DNA from: Zygnema circumcarinatum SAG 698-1b
Lineage: Eukaryota; Plantae; Zygnematophyceae
Reading direction: 5' to 3'
Assembly: GCA_037447605.1 (NCBI GenBank)
Contig: CM074804.1
Coordinates: 2,728,001 to 2,792,000 of the forward strand
Length of the DNA stretch: 64,000 nt
The position numbers and the translations under genes were made by a program. Position 1 is the first letter of the stretch; every line of letters begins with the position of its first letter. A model generated the notes under the pieces. That model did not search any database, was not told where the DNA came from, and was given only the letters and a program-made list of their open reading frames with translations. This document shows positions 21,677-34,474 of the stretch, in pieces.

Positions 21677-24600
21677 TTACTCCCTTCTCCTCTGCTCCCC
21701 ATTTACCTTCTCCTTACTCGCCTCTCCCCCCTGCCCCCCCTCCCCCGCTTTCAATTCCCTCCCGTCCTCAGCACTGGCGGCAGTTGTACTCGTGGCGGAG
21801 CCTCCCTTGTCTCCTCCTCCTCCGTCCTCCTCCACAACGCCTTGGAAGTTATCGAGGGACCCAAAGACCTTAGGGACCACTTCGGTCTTCTCCACCGCCA
21901 CCTCCCCCTTTAGTCCATTTAATGCCAAATCTGCCGCGTCTTGCATTCCCTCAATAGTGAAATTGAAATGGAAATAAAGAAGGTTGGGGATCAATTTGAG
22001 AATATTTTCCTGCATTTGCCGCACTCTTTCGGGAGAAATTTTATTTAGTTGCTCCTCAACTTTCGTCCATGTTGGCAAGTCATCGTAGGCGATGTAGACC
22101 GAGTATGAGTCCTCCTTCTCTGAAAGTGACCAAACAAGCTACCGGATTAGTCTTCTTGATAATATGCTTCTTATTCTCCTTAACCTCTCCCCCTCCCCCA
22201 TCCCCCTTCCCCCTTCCCCCTTTCCCCTCCCCCTCCCCCCCTCCCCCCCTCCCCCTCCCCTCCCCCCCTCCCCTCCCCTCCCCCCCTCCCCTCCCCCTCC
22301 CCTCCCCCTCCCCCTCCCCCTCCCCTCCCCCCCTCCCCCTCCCCCTCCCCCTCCCCTCCCCCTCCCCCTCCCCCTCCCCCTCCCCCTCCCCTCCCCCCCT
22401 CCCCTCCCCTCCCCCTCCCCTCCCCCTCCCCCTCCCCTCCCCCTCCCCTCCCCCTCCCCTCCCCCTCCCCCTCCCCTCCCCTCCCCCCCTCCCCCCCTCC
22501 CCCTCCCTCCGCTTCATTACCTGGAAAATGCCACAAGTATTGAGAGTACACCGACTCCTTCCAGAGGAAGACAGGAATTGCTCCGCACAGTATGCTGTCA
22601 AACATAGCTTGCGTGGTAAAGCTTTCGCCTTTCGGCTGTACAGAAAATTTGGAATTCAAGTATAGGTCTGCAGCATCACACTCCGTGCACTTTCAGAAAA
22701 TTATTTCATGCCGTAGGTTCGCCATGAGCAACACTTGGCGATGCAGATAGAAGACACAGAAAGAGGTGAGAGAATCACGAGAGAAGAGGGAGGGGAGAAA
22801 GAGGAGGGATGCGCAAGAGAAGCAAAAAGGGAAAATACAGCAATCATGAGCCAGAGCGAGAGCGAGAGAGAGAGAGTGAGAGAGACAGAGAGAGAGGGGG
22901 GGGGCTCTCAGCAGAGCGAGTTGTTTTTGGTCCCTTACCCATCGATTTCGCAGGACTGCAATTCCCCGGCTCCGAGCAGTTCAAAAATTTGCAACCCTCG
23001 CCTTCTGCACACTGCAGATTCCCAACAACCCATTTCTCAAACATCGCGCCCTTCTTAATATCACCGCCCCCGAGAATTGCATCATCTTGTATGTTCTATG
23101 ATGATGTTGACAATTAGGAGAACCGCTGTCCGCTTAACAAAAGAATCATGTGATTTTTTAATTAGGACAGACGATTAACCCGGAAAAAACACTGGTAAAC
23201 AAGACTTGCAAAAAAATACCAGAGCGTAGCAAAGGTTCGCTCATCAAAGCAGCAGTAAGTTTTTCTCACGAAACTGGGTTTTACATAAGCAGCAAAAATG
23301 CTCATTTTTTTCCTTTTCCCTACTTCTAATGTCACATTCTCACCTGTTGAATGAGGAGTTTCCGAGTTGCTGCGATTTTATCGTCCACATCGTGGCCGAG
23401 TGCTGCATACGACCATTTTGTTTTCCGTTCGTGGCTACGGACTTTGGCGATCCATGTCTTCACCTCCTCCGCCGTTTTAGGGTGAAATCCAGTTGGGTAC
23501 GGAACGCCCATAGAACGGCCCGGGGCCCAGGGGTGCCTCTCAACCTCCAGCTTATGCATCTGTAAAATAATACAATAAAAATCGAAAATAAAATAATTTA
23601 AAACGCCGCATGCATAGGCCATAGTGTTTCAAAAACAACGTGATGCCTGCTTCTCCTCATACCTCCCATTTCCCTCCCTCCGTTATGCCGCTCGTGTTCC
23701 TTCCCCACTCTCTCCCTGCCTCTCACTCTCGTACTTTCTCCTCATCCACTCCATAACCTTCTCTCCCTCTCTTTCCCACCCCTTCCCTCTCACTTCCATC
23801 CCTCCCTCTCTCCCCTCCTCCGTTTCCCTGCCTCTTACTCTCCCACTTCCTCCTTGCCCCTCCACGCCCTATCCACCTCGCCATCCCTTTCCCTCTCCCC
23901 CTTCCTTTCCTCCCTTTCCCCTCCCTCATTCCATTTCTCCTTCCCTCCCTTCCGCCCTCCCTTCCTGCTCCACTCTCTCCCTGCCACTCATTCTTCCGCT
24001 TTTCCTTGTCCCTTCATCCACTCCATGTCATTCTCTCCCTCACTTTCCTCTCCCTCCCCAGCCCCCCTCTCCCTCCCCTCCACCCTTTCCTCCCTCCCTC
24101 CCTCTCTCCCTCCCTTCCTCCCACAACAAAACCTAGAAACAACAACCTGACGCACAAACTCATCCGTGGCGCAAATCAATTCCATTCAGACCCATTTCCA
24201 GTATTCACATACGCTTTCAAACTCAGGAATATACTCGAGCTTCGATCCCCATGTGTCGTTAATCCGGTCCAGGCGACGGAACGACCACGTGGGACTTCCA
24301 AGCACAAGGAAATGGTCGAGGCCGCCATATCGAATGAAAGCAGGCTGCTGCTTCAGCCACTCCGAAAGCTCCAAGGCCGATTCGTCTAAATAATCCTTCG
24401 AGGAATTAGTTGCAAAGCGTCTGTCGTAGTCTAAACCTGCAACACACCCACATGCAGATTCAGTAAAACTGAGACTACAATGGCTGCGAACGGATGCTAT
24501 CCTTTATAGTAAAACACGCAGCAATAGTTTGAACTCCAGTATAGAGAGCAGAAAGAAAGATAGTCAGTAAGGAAGGATATCAAACGCTTCCTGTACTTGA

Positions 24601-26073
24601 GCAGAAGTAGCAGGTTTAGTGTTGAGCTAAACTGCTCGAAAGACAGCAAGGAGGGAATGAGGGAGGAGGGAGGAGGGAGGAGGGGGGAGGGAGGAGGNNN
24701 NNNNNNNGAGGGAGGAGGGAGGAGGGAGGAGGGAGGAGGGAGGTACATTTGAACGGAGAGTTCACAATAGAAAGGCTGAAGGTTCACGTTCCTAGTAGGG
24801 TTCAAGGGTTTAGTGATCGTTCTGACTCATTATACGGAACTATGCTCAGCATAAATTCCATGACTGTGAAACTTGAGTAGGAATGCTCTAGATTTACCAA
24901 GTAAGCGAGCGCTAAACGAAACGGAGCGGAATGAATACCTGGATAGAACGGCACATAGAACATGTCTGCTTTGTCCATAGCCGACACTCGACAAACATGA
25001 TATTTCAATCTTTCATGAAACAAGACCTCCAGGGAGGACTGATCAGTGAGCCACCAACTTGGAACTTCTTCGAACAATTCACCCTGTCGCCCACCAAAAA
25101 AAAAAATGCTGTTAACTGTTATCGGTGCTTTATGTGATAGCCTCGTGTGATAGCCTCAGCTATTCGCCAGACACTCAAAGTAAGAAAATGAAAGTAAAGA
25201 CAATAAATGATGGACCACGAACTCGACCTCTCAAAAAATTTAAAAGCAAAAAACGCCCAGAGATAAGAACTAGCTGCGAAATAACGAACTTTTTGATGGT
25301 TGTCACATACTCATTCATGAACTCCTCCTCCCCCTCCCCCTCCCCCCTTCCCCTCCTCATCCCCCTTTTCCACTTTCGATATCATAAAGTGCCACTTGAC
25401 GCCCAAGTCATTAGCTCTGTGAATGAAAAGTTACGGAATAGAGGAGTGCAGCGTCCTATAAATGTGAGTGTCGACATTTCCAGAGGTTAAAGAAATGTTT
25501 AAAGTGACGTTTTATTCTCACGTCATTAAACGTAAGCGGTCGACCATATCCTCCGTTGAGCAGAGCAGGAGCTGTGCTGCACCTCATCTTACCGAACACA
25601 TTTTTGCATTTACCAACGAGATCCTGAGTCGGAACAGATCAGCAAAACATTACAGAAAGTTATCACATGTTCAAAAGAAGAACATTATCATCCCTTTTTA
25701 ACCAAGAGTTGAACTCCTTTCCGCCCCTCTGAACTCCTCTCGCAAATAAACATTATAAACCCAAAAGAGAACAAAGAAGCCAAAACTACGAATACACAAA
25801 GTCCAAAGCAGGAAACAAACACCCAACATCACTCAGATCGAAGGCCACATTCTCGAACACCTGGTTAAACTTTGATGGAAGATCGTAAATAAAAAAGTGG
25901 CGGCCCCGACAGATGTGGCGGCCTTTGCCCCCAAGCACGCCAGCTTCGTCGCTCCCAACATGCAGCCATAGCAGCGCCAAAAGGACCAGTCCGAGAAGGA
26001 AGAGGAGGGTCTTCGCATTGCTGAGGATACCGCCGCCGCGGCTCTTCTTTCCTCCTGGGGGGGCTGCCCTCAT
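21677..26073 (-). CDS. GT47 exostosin-family glycosyltransferase (xyloglucan galactosyltransferase MUR3/XLT2-like clade), type II membrane protein, multi-exon
   Basis: N-terminal TM helix, then CRGRHFFIYDLPSKFN|, LNGGYGRPL, WWLTDQSSLEVLFHERLK..ADMFYVPFYPG|LD, GGLDHFLVLG..TWSFRR..WGSKL, VERHPW..GVPYPTGFHPKT, QPKGESFTTQAMFDSILCGAIPVF, and C-terminal MQENILKLIPNLLY..DAADLALNGL. Confidence 0.9.
22190..22510 (+). repeat. C/T-only low-complexity intronic tract in the GT47 gene
   Basis: Directly visible. It follows the GTAATG donor on the minus strand. Confidence 0.93.
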
Positions 26074-26736
26074 TGTGCTCAGGCGCTTGAATTCGGTTCA
26101 GATTCTAAGGGATGTGGAGCAAGATGGGAAGCATTTAGAAGACTTTAGGGTTCAGAAATGAGCATCATGAGTTTTGGGTTCTGAGAGGAGAAAGATCGGG
26201 AGAGGGTGACTAATCAGTTGAGGGGAAGGGGTGGCACGGGGAAGGACACGGAGAGCGAAGGGGGAAAGGAAAGAGAGGAGGCTCAAGATAATTTAGGACT
26301 CGGCGGGTGCCGAGAGGTCTCGATGTACGACGAACTTGGGTGCTATTAAGGGTATGGCGGCGGATGCAAATCGAAGGCAGAGCAGAAGACGAGAGGGAGA
26401 GGGAGGGAGAGTGGAGGGAGGGAGGGAGGGAGGGAGGGAGGGAGGGAATCGGCTGATCAGTCAGTCAGTCGGTCGGTCAGAGGCCGCCGCCGATGAATTC
26501 AAACCCGCAGTTTCTATGCGCGCCACTGCTCCGTCGCTCTCAACTGCCTCCGTGAGCAGCCGAGCTAGTTCTACGGCCGCGCTCGCATGGGGGGGGGGGG
26601 GGGGGNNNNNNNNNNGGGGGGGGGGGGGGGGGGGGGGGGGACTGCCCTTGTTGATGTGGTTGTTGCGCATCCATATTATTTTTGCTGTGCATCCATGTAG
26701 TTGTTTTTGTTGTGCATATATGCGCCTCATGGCAGG

Positions 26737-26846
26737 GCCATTGTGAGACCAATGCCAAGCCCACCATCCACGTGGCTTCACTCATACATTGTGAAGGATG
26801 GATGGATTCGCGAGGATGAAAAAGTTGGCATTGGTCTCGCGATGGC
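26737..26846 (+). other. 22-bp inverted repeat (hairpin), MITE/foldback-like or pre-miRNA-like
   Basis: GCCATTGTGAGACCAATGCCAA (26737-26758) pairs fully with TTGGCATTGGTCTCGCGATGGC (26825-26846) if two G:U pairs are allowed. Confidence 0.85.
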
Positions 26847-26949
26847 GATGCCATCACATGTGAACGGAAAACAGCAACATGAAGAACCACAAGGAACCGG
26901 TCACAACGGACCTAGGGCCGAAAGCTAAGCAAAGAGCCATAAGCTGCCC

Positions 26950-27440
26950 ACCCCACCCCACGCCGGCTCTAGGTCTGCACAGGTCGTATCACAGGGTGGA
27001 TCGGCATGGATGGCGACGATCGGGTGTCCAATGGATCGCAACAATTCCAATGGTTGGCAACGATTGACAACTACTGTGTTGGCATCCTATGGTTGCGACC
27101 ATAGGCAATGGTTGTTTTGGTCTGACGGCAATGGTTGGAAACATTGACAATGGTTGTTTCTGTCCGCCCGCAATGGTTGGCTGGGTCGCGAAACAATGGT
27201 TTTCAACCATTCGAATGGTTGATCCAATGGTTGGTCCCTCTCGCCCCTCGGCGCACGGTCCGTCCGTACACTTGCGCGCCGACGCCGACCGTACGGCACG
27301 GCGCAATGCGGTACGGAACGTTACCGACAAAAGCGCGTACGGCAGTCCAAAAAGCGCCAACGACCGCCGTTGGCACGATAGAGGATGCCACGTGGCGGTA
27401 CGGACGGCATACGGACAGCGCAGCACCGAGCGTCTCTAGG
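26950..27440. promoter_or_regulatory. Divergent promoter island between the GT47 and AHK5-like genes
   Basis: About 9 (C/G)AATGGTT repeats at 27046-27235, several CCGTAC/GTACGG sites at 27260-27415, and GCCACGTGGC at 27387. Confidence 0.6.
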
Positions 27441-27633
27441 GTTCGGTTGCGAGGGAGGGAGGGAGGGAACGGGCAGGAGGGGGCGGAGAGGGAGAGAGGA
27501 AGGGAGAGAGGGCGGGCGAAGAGGGAAGGAGGGAGAGGTAGGAGAGGAGAAGGCTGCTATGCCTGATGGAGAAGCATCACGCGGAACGGGAAGCGCCGTT
27601 CCATGTTCGTGATCTGCGCCTCTCTCGAAGCCT

Positions 27634-28224
27634 ATGGACGACTCTGAGAAGGCTTCTGGCATCCCTTTCAATGACAAGGACCTCCTGCGCGTGCTGAAGC
27701 TCAAGACCTGCTCCCGGGGAGTCTCAGGGGAGTGCTCGGACACGGCCGCTCCTGACATCATAACCTTAAAGTACTGCTCCGAAGCCATGGCGACGGCTGT
27801 CTCTGCCATAGCAGCCGCGGGAGAGGGAGGGAACCACGCTGCAGCAGCAGTAGCAGGATCGGCTTCCATGCTGGAGATTCAAGAAACCGTCGCAGGCGAT
27901 GGAACTGGTAACGGCAGCGGAAGCTGCTGCACGTGCAAACACTACTGCGGCCCTCTGCGCGGGCTGGCTGTCGCGCAGGGCGGCGGCAACCCCAATGCAT
28001 CGGACAATGCGGGGGCGGCGCCCTCCTGCAGCAACGACAACGAGAGCGAGGGCGTGAAGTGCGTCTCCTACGGCAGCTTGGACTATTGGCAGCGCCAAAC
28101 CGCGGATTTGACGGCTCGGCTTTCAGAAAGTGTGGCTATGAATGAGGAACTGCGGAGGCAGATGCAGCAGATGGCCGAGGCGGCAGCGAGGGAGGGGGGT
28201 GGTAATTCTTGGGGAGAGGGAGGG

Positions 28225-28276
<52 letters not shown>

Positions 28277-31200
28277 GTATGAATGTGAATGCGAATACTA
28301 CAGGTTCAAGAAGTAAGCATTTGTGTTATTGGAGGAGGCTGGTGGAGGAGATAAGCAAGCAGCTGATCGATGCGAAGGCGCGGGAGAGCAAGTTGATGGG
28401 AGAGCTGGAGGTAGAGAGGGGTTGTTTGGGGCAGACTGCGGGAGGGGGGAGCATGTCGGGAGACGAGCTGCGGGAGATAGTGGGAGAGGGCATGACGGCG
28501 GAGGAACTTTTGAAGAAAATTCAGCGAACGGAGCTTCTGTTGACCCTTACTCTACGGCACGCTCCTATCGTGATTACGCATTCGGATCTCGACTTGCGTT
28601 ACACGTGGGTGTACTTTTTATTGCGTTTTTTTTTGTTTTTTTCCATTTCGCCTGTATTTGATGATTCTGAGTTTCACACCTTTCTTCGCTCTGATAGGAG
28701 CGAAGAAAGGTAGGAGCTTTCTACAATTGAGACTTGTTGAACCTTCATGGGCGAAAAGAAAGTTTCATCCAAATGATGGATTGCGGGTTTCTGTGGAATT
28801 GGTTTGGTGTACACAGGTTTATTTACAACGCTCCTCCAACATGGAAGCCTCAGGTAGACGATTAATCTTATCTCATATCACACCTATGCATACATGCTCT
28901 TGTACACTTACATACGTACATTACTACGTGCAATTGTATTTACATACATATAATACCAACAGACATGCGCATCTACATGATTTTCCATGGCTTTATACGA
29001 ACTTGACAGTTGTTCACATGTGCTTACATCCTGTGATTTGATGGTTTCAGGACGTAATTGGAAAGTCTGATGATGAATTGATGGGGCTTGTGCCCGGCGG
29101 ATCTGACATCAAGACAATGAAGCAGGCAGTGCTCGAAACCGGACAGACAAAAAGGCAGGAGATAAAATTTGACCTGCCCGAATGGGGCCCAGTTTGGTAT
29201 ATAGTTTCATGTGAGCCTCTAAGGAATAAGGCGGGGAAGACTGTAGGTGTTATCAATGTCTTGGTGGATATCACTGAAGAGGTGGGCCTAACCTCTCCAC
29301 CCCTCTCTCTCTCCATCCCCATCTCCCTCACTCTCTCTCTCTCTTTCCCTCTCCCTCCTCTCTCCCCCCCTTCCCCCCTCTCTTCCCCACTCCCCTTCCA
29401 TTCTGCTTTATGGCCAGCATACACCCGTCCCTTTCCTACACAGCAGAAATTCTCTGAGATGGTTGGTTGCAGATTTCAAGGGCTTTTTACTCTTTGGAGT
29501 TTTGTCAGATAGTTGAAGGCTATCTTTCTTATGGGGCAGGCGATATCAAGGGAACGGTTGGCGAAGTTGAGGGAAGAAATGGCTGTCAGGGATGTAACAG
29601 AGAGAGAACTTCGGCGTACTATCAAGCTTGCAGGTTGGCGCTTCCCTTGCCTGACTTTTGAAAGTCTAACTTTTGGGCCCTAACTCCTCAAAATCTTTCA
29701 AGGATACACTTTCAAATAGTTGACCAAGAGCGTGTATTACGGGACATCGTGGTTTTATATGGAAGATACATTGAGTCTGAAGGAAAAAGCAGCATAGAAA
29801 GATTGAGGGTCCTTTCTAGGGTAACACTAGCATATTTTCACAGCTATGTTGCAGCAGTAGTTGTCACAGCAGTTGTTGGAAGCAACAGGAAAGGGATTTT
29901 TTCTTAATTTGCTTTTCCTCCCTATGTCTTTTGGGCACTGCAGATGAAGCCATCGCAGCAAAGAACAACTTCTTGGCTGTCATGTCTCACGAAATCCGTA
30001 CTCCGTTGAATGGAGTGCTCGGTAAGCCGCTGCCTCCATTGAACTCTTCAACAGTTTCACCTTCCAGAATTCAAATCCTAAAAACCCTAAAAACTGCCGT
30101 ATTGAAATTGGAAGGGGAGAATAATCTGTCCAACGTATTTTTGGTGCAGGAATGGCTCAAGTTTTAGCGACAACGGGACTCGATGCTGAACAGAAGGAGC
30201 TTGTCGATGCAATGATTTTCAGTGGAGATGTGCTTTTGGCCATAATCAGTGATACTTTGGACCTTTCTAAGCTGGAATCCACTCAGCTAGACCTCGAAGA
30301 GAGAGAGCTCCGACCGAGAGAAGTAGTGAAACATGTTGTGAGCACAGCAATCGCTGCGACAAGAGGTCGTAATGTACTGATTCAGGGCCACGTGGCAGAT
30401 AATGTACCGCTTACGGTGAGCTTATTCAGATGGTGCAAATGGGATCCAAACGTTCTGTCAGAGGTCAAATTACAGAGTGTTTGACTCGCTCCGAGGAAGT
30501 TTGATTTTGAAATAGGGACATGGTTGCCGTCTCCACTTGGTTGAATTTAGTAATTCCAATTTAGTAATGAAATCTTCTATGGGCTGTTCGGCTGCTCTTC
30601 CTTCAGGTCATTGGCGATCCCTTGCGTGTGAAGCAAGTCATTACTAATCTGGTACACTTTCCCCTTTTTTTCGTTTTAAAAATCTCTGAGATGCCCTGAT
30701 GGTGAAGAACTAGAGTATTCAAATAACTAAGAAATACAAGTTGACCACAAAAACCAGAATTCTTATGCGGCAGCTCTGCCGCCCAATATTTTTGTTCAAA
30801 TTTGCAGGTTTTCAATGCCGTTAAATTTACCAAAAAGGGCCATATTCTTGTTCGAGTAAAGGCTTTGGACTCTTCTGGCGAAGCTCAGAGAAGCAATGAG
30901 GAGGTCTCTATGCCGGCCCCCAAAGCTGTCGAAGTCTATGAGAAAATAGAAGCAATGACTAAGAATGAAAGCATGAGGAAAGGAATGGTTGGGAAGGGAC
31001 AAGAAGGAGAGAGGAAAGGAGCGGAGGGGTGGGAGACATTCTCCGGCCGCTCTCTCGCTACTGTGAAGTCGGAGGTATTAGGACTGCTGGAGGAGGGGGT
31101 ACGATTGAAGGGAGGTTTGAATCAACAGACAGAAGAAATTGGAGGAATTCAGAGATTGGGTTCTATGGCTGGAGTGGGTAAGGAAGGAGGGGAGCGAGGA

Positions 31201-34200
31201 GGCAAATTGAGTGAGAAGGGAGGGGAGAGAGAGGGATTAGGAGGGGCTGAGAAGGGCGGAAGTGGAAGGAAGGGAAATTCGAGCGGAGCATCAAGTTTGG
31301 AAGTAGAGGGTGGGCAGCAAGGAGGAGAGAGATTACAAGGGGGAGATAATGCGAGAGTGGGAGCGGAGGGGAAGTACTCCGTAGCAGGAGCTGATGATTT
31401 GCAAATGGCAGAAGCTGAAAGTGCAGGTGAAGGAGAGGGAAAGGCTGAGGGAGAGGGAGGTGATGGAGAGTCAGAACGACCAGGAGAGGAAGGAGAAGGA
31501 AAGGGACAGGAGAATGAGGGGGGAATGGAGAGGGTCCCTAAGGTCTTGAGGAGGGCGGGAGGGGTTGAACGACAAGGCAGTGGGACAGGGAAGAGGCTGA
31601 AAAGAACATTTTCCAGTGATGAGAGAGGTGTGAAGAAGGCAGGACGGAAGAGAGTGAAGTTCGATGGAGGAAAAACTGCAGGAGGGAGTGATAGTGGGAA
31701 ATTTTTTCCTGCTTATGGCGGGAGTCAAGAGACCCCCATCCTGTCGGCTGCTGGTGATGGGAGAGAACTGAAGGAGAAGAAGTATTGGGAAGATGATGAT
31801 GTTCGATGGGCATGGAATAATCAGAGAGAGCAGCAGCGGCAGCAGGTGAGAGTGGATCCTTCTCTCTTTCTCTTCTTTTTTCTCCCCCTCTCCCCTTTCT
31901 TCCTCTCAGCTCAGCTCTCTCTCCTCCTCTTCTGTCTTCCTTTCGTCGGCACTCTCACCGCTCCCCTCCCATCACCTCTTTATTTGCCCCTCCATCCTCC
32001 TCTCCTCACTCTACTCTCCTACTGATGTGAGAGGAGGTTCTGTTGCAGGAGAATGATGAGGAGGACGAAGAGGAGGAAGCGAGTCTGAGAGTGAATGCAG
32101 GGGCTGATGGCGAGCACACGACTTCAACGGAAGAAGGGGAGCATCTATGGCTTCAGTTTGAAATTGAAGACACGGGAATTGGTTAGGAAATTTGACTCAG
32201 CTCACTACTTGAACTTAAATTTTTTGAACTTTAAATTTTGTTTTGTCATACATGCTCTTGAACATGAGGCCCCGTGTTCTGATTTGCACGAATCTCCAAT
32301 TTCTGCGTTGTGCACAGGAATTCCGAAGTCAGCGTTTCCGACTCTTTTTGAGAAGTTCACGCAAGTACACACATCAACGACGAGAAATTATGGAGGAACA
32401 GGTCTCCCTCTCTCTCCCCCCCTCCTCTCTCTCCGCCCCTCCTCCTCTCTCTCCCCCCCCTTTCTATCCCTCTCTAACCTCTCTGTTTGTTATTCTCTCT
32501 TTCGCGCTATTCTACTCCCTTTCCCTCTTTGTTTGTTGTTCTGGCCTCGTCTCTCTTTCTGTAACTCTCTGCTGGGTGGCCTCTCTTGCGTTTCTCTCTC
32601 TTCACGCTCTCAATTCCTCTCATTGATGAAAATCAATTTGGTTTCTGTCGTATACAGGGCTGGGCTTGGCCATTTGCAAGCAGCTGGTGAGTTTCAAAAA
32701 GGGTTTTTCAACCGAGGGAGAGGGGGGGGTGGTAGTTGGGGTCAAAAAACTTCAAACGTAAAAGAGTATTTTCCAGAATTAACAAACTATAAGGGTACTT
32801 CAAATAGAACCGTTTCCGATAGCTGTATTTTATGACACCTATTTCTTTCTATTGTTTCAACAGGTGGAGCTCATGAAGGGCCAAATTTCAGTGAGGAGTA
32901 GAGTTGGTGTGGGAACCACTTTCACCTTCACAGTCCGTTGCAGAGTTCTGTTTTCAAACAAGGAGCCTGACGATGGGGGGGATCCCAAATTGGCTAAGTC
33001 AAACTCAAACAGTCTTGCGAGGTTCCGAAAGCTTCAAGCAGGAATGTCCTTCATGTCTCCGCATGCAGGAGCCCCTTTGGGGATTCCGGTGTGGGAGGAC
33101 GAAAAGGATAGGAGAGAGGGGAAGGAAGAGGGAGGGAGTGCGAATGAAGAGGATCCTGAAAGACGGGAAGAATTGGGCCGATTAAAGGGAGCAACCCTGG
33201 GTGAGAGTTTGGAGATGGAAATGAAAAAGGAGAAAGGAGATGGAGTGAGAGGAGGAAGGACTGTTGCTAGTTGCGACATGGAAGAGGAGGTAGAGAAGGG
33301 TGGGAGGCAGGAAAGGGCGAAGGTGGGAGAGAGCGCGGGAAAGGGTGGAAGACGTGTGGAAAGAGAGTCCAGTGGAGAGGGCGGAAAAATCGTCGTACAG
33401 GGGGTAAGGGAGGGCCAAAGCGGAGGCCCTGGAAAATCGGAAAGTTCGCTGAAACCTCAAACGAAGGAGGGGATAGGAGGGATGGGTGAGAGGCGAACTC
33501 ATGAGAGGGAGCGGAAATGGAAGCCGAGGTTGCTTTTGGCTGAGGACAATAAGGTGAGGTGGGGGTCGTTGGAAACCTTACTCGTATCCCTCCTCTCCCT
33601 CTTCCTTGTCTCTTTCTCCTGGTGAATCTCTCTCTCGCTGTCCCTCTCATGTACTCAGATGTACGGGTCTGATGGGTTGATGGATGGGTTTCATGTAAAT
33701 AAGTTTTTCAGGTGAATGTGATGGTGGCTCTCTCCATGCTGAAACGGCTCGGCTTAGAGGCTGATGTTGCGTATCACGGAGTGGAAGCTATTCGAGCAAT
33801 TCAATCGAAACATTATGACTTGGTGAGCTTTAAGAGTGAAACCTAACCTTACATTTCTATATGGAGGTACATACTACGAAGCATCTTCTCAAAGTCTTGC
33901 ATTTTTCTATTCAAGTTTTAACAATGAAGTGGTGTACCCAAACATAGATTTCGGCGGCTGGGTTTTTCTTTTTTTGAAGAAACCGAAAGTGTAAGTCTGA
34001 AACTTAAAGTGTGGAAGGACATGTCACCTCGTGCAGGTATTGATGGACATATGCATGCCCATCATGGATGGTCTTGAAGTCACAAAACGGGTCCGAAGCT
34101 TTGAGAAAACTGGTTTGTGGGATGAAAGCGATCCGCTATCCACCTCTCAACGGGAGCCTTCCACTGAGAAGGATCAAGATTCGAGCGCTTCCTCGGCCCT

Positions 34201-34474
34201 TGGAAACTCCTACAAATGCACTCCTTCATATCCTCCTGCACCGGAATTTTCGGGCCATACAAAGCTTTCAGCCACCAATGCAAGCAAATCCCAAAAGGAG
34301 GGAGAGAGAGTTCAGCGTCGCCACCTACCCATTGTGGCGATGACGGCGAACGCTCTCGCGGACTGTGAGTCGCAGTGCTCGGCCAATGGGATGGACGGAT
34401 TTATCACAAAGCCAATCACATTCAAGAAGCTTTCTGACGCGCTACAAGTCTACCTCGATTTCGACCGACATTGA
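27634..34474 (+). CDS. AHK5: Cytoplasmic hybrid histidine kinase, AHK5/CKI2-like (coiled coil-PAS-HisKA-HATPase-REC), multi-exon
   Basis: [18 protein letters not shown]|FIYN..|[40 protein letters not shown] (AHK5-type PAS). H-box [46 protein letters not shown]|..[39 protein letters not shown]. Receiver RLLLAEDNK|VNV..|[30 protein letters not shown]. No TM segments seen. Confidence 0.92.
28225..28280 (+). repeat. (AAT)n coding microsatellite (poly-Asn) in HK exon 1
   Basis: aataataataatactaataataat... lies in frame within ORF 27634-28713. Confidence 0.95.

Noticed and set aside
27046-27235. Repeat-spacer pattern resembling a CRISPR array
   Set aside because: The repeats are only ~9 nt, the spacers are short and irregular, the context is eukaryotic and no cas genes are present. 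It is reported instead as an iterated motif element.
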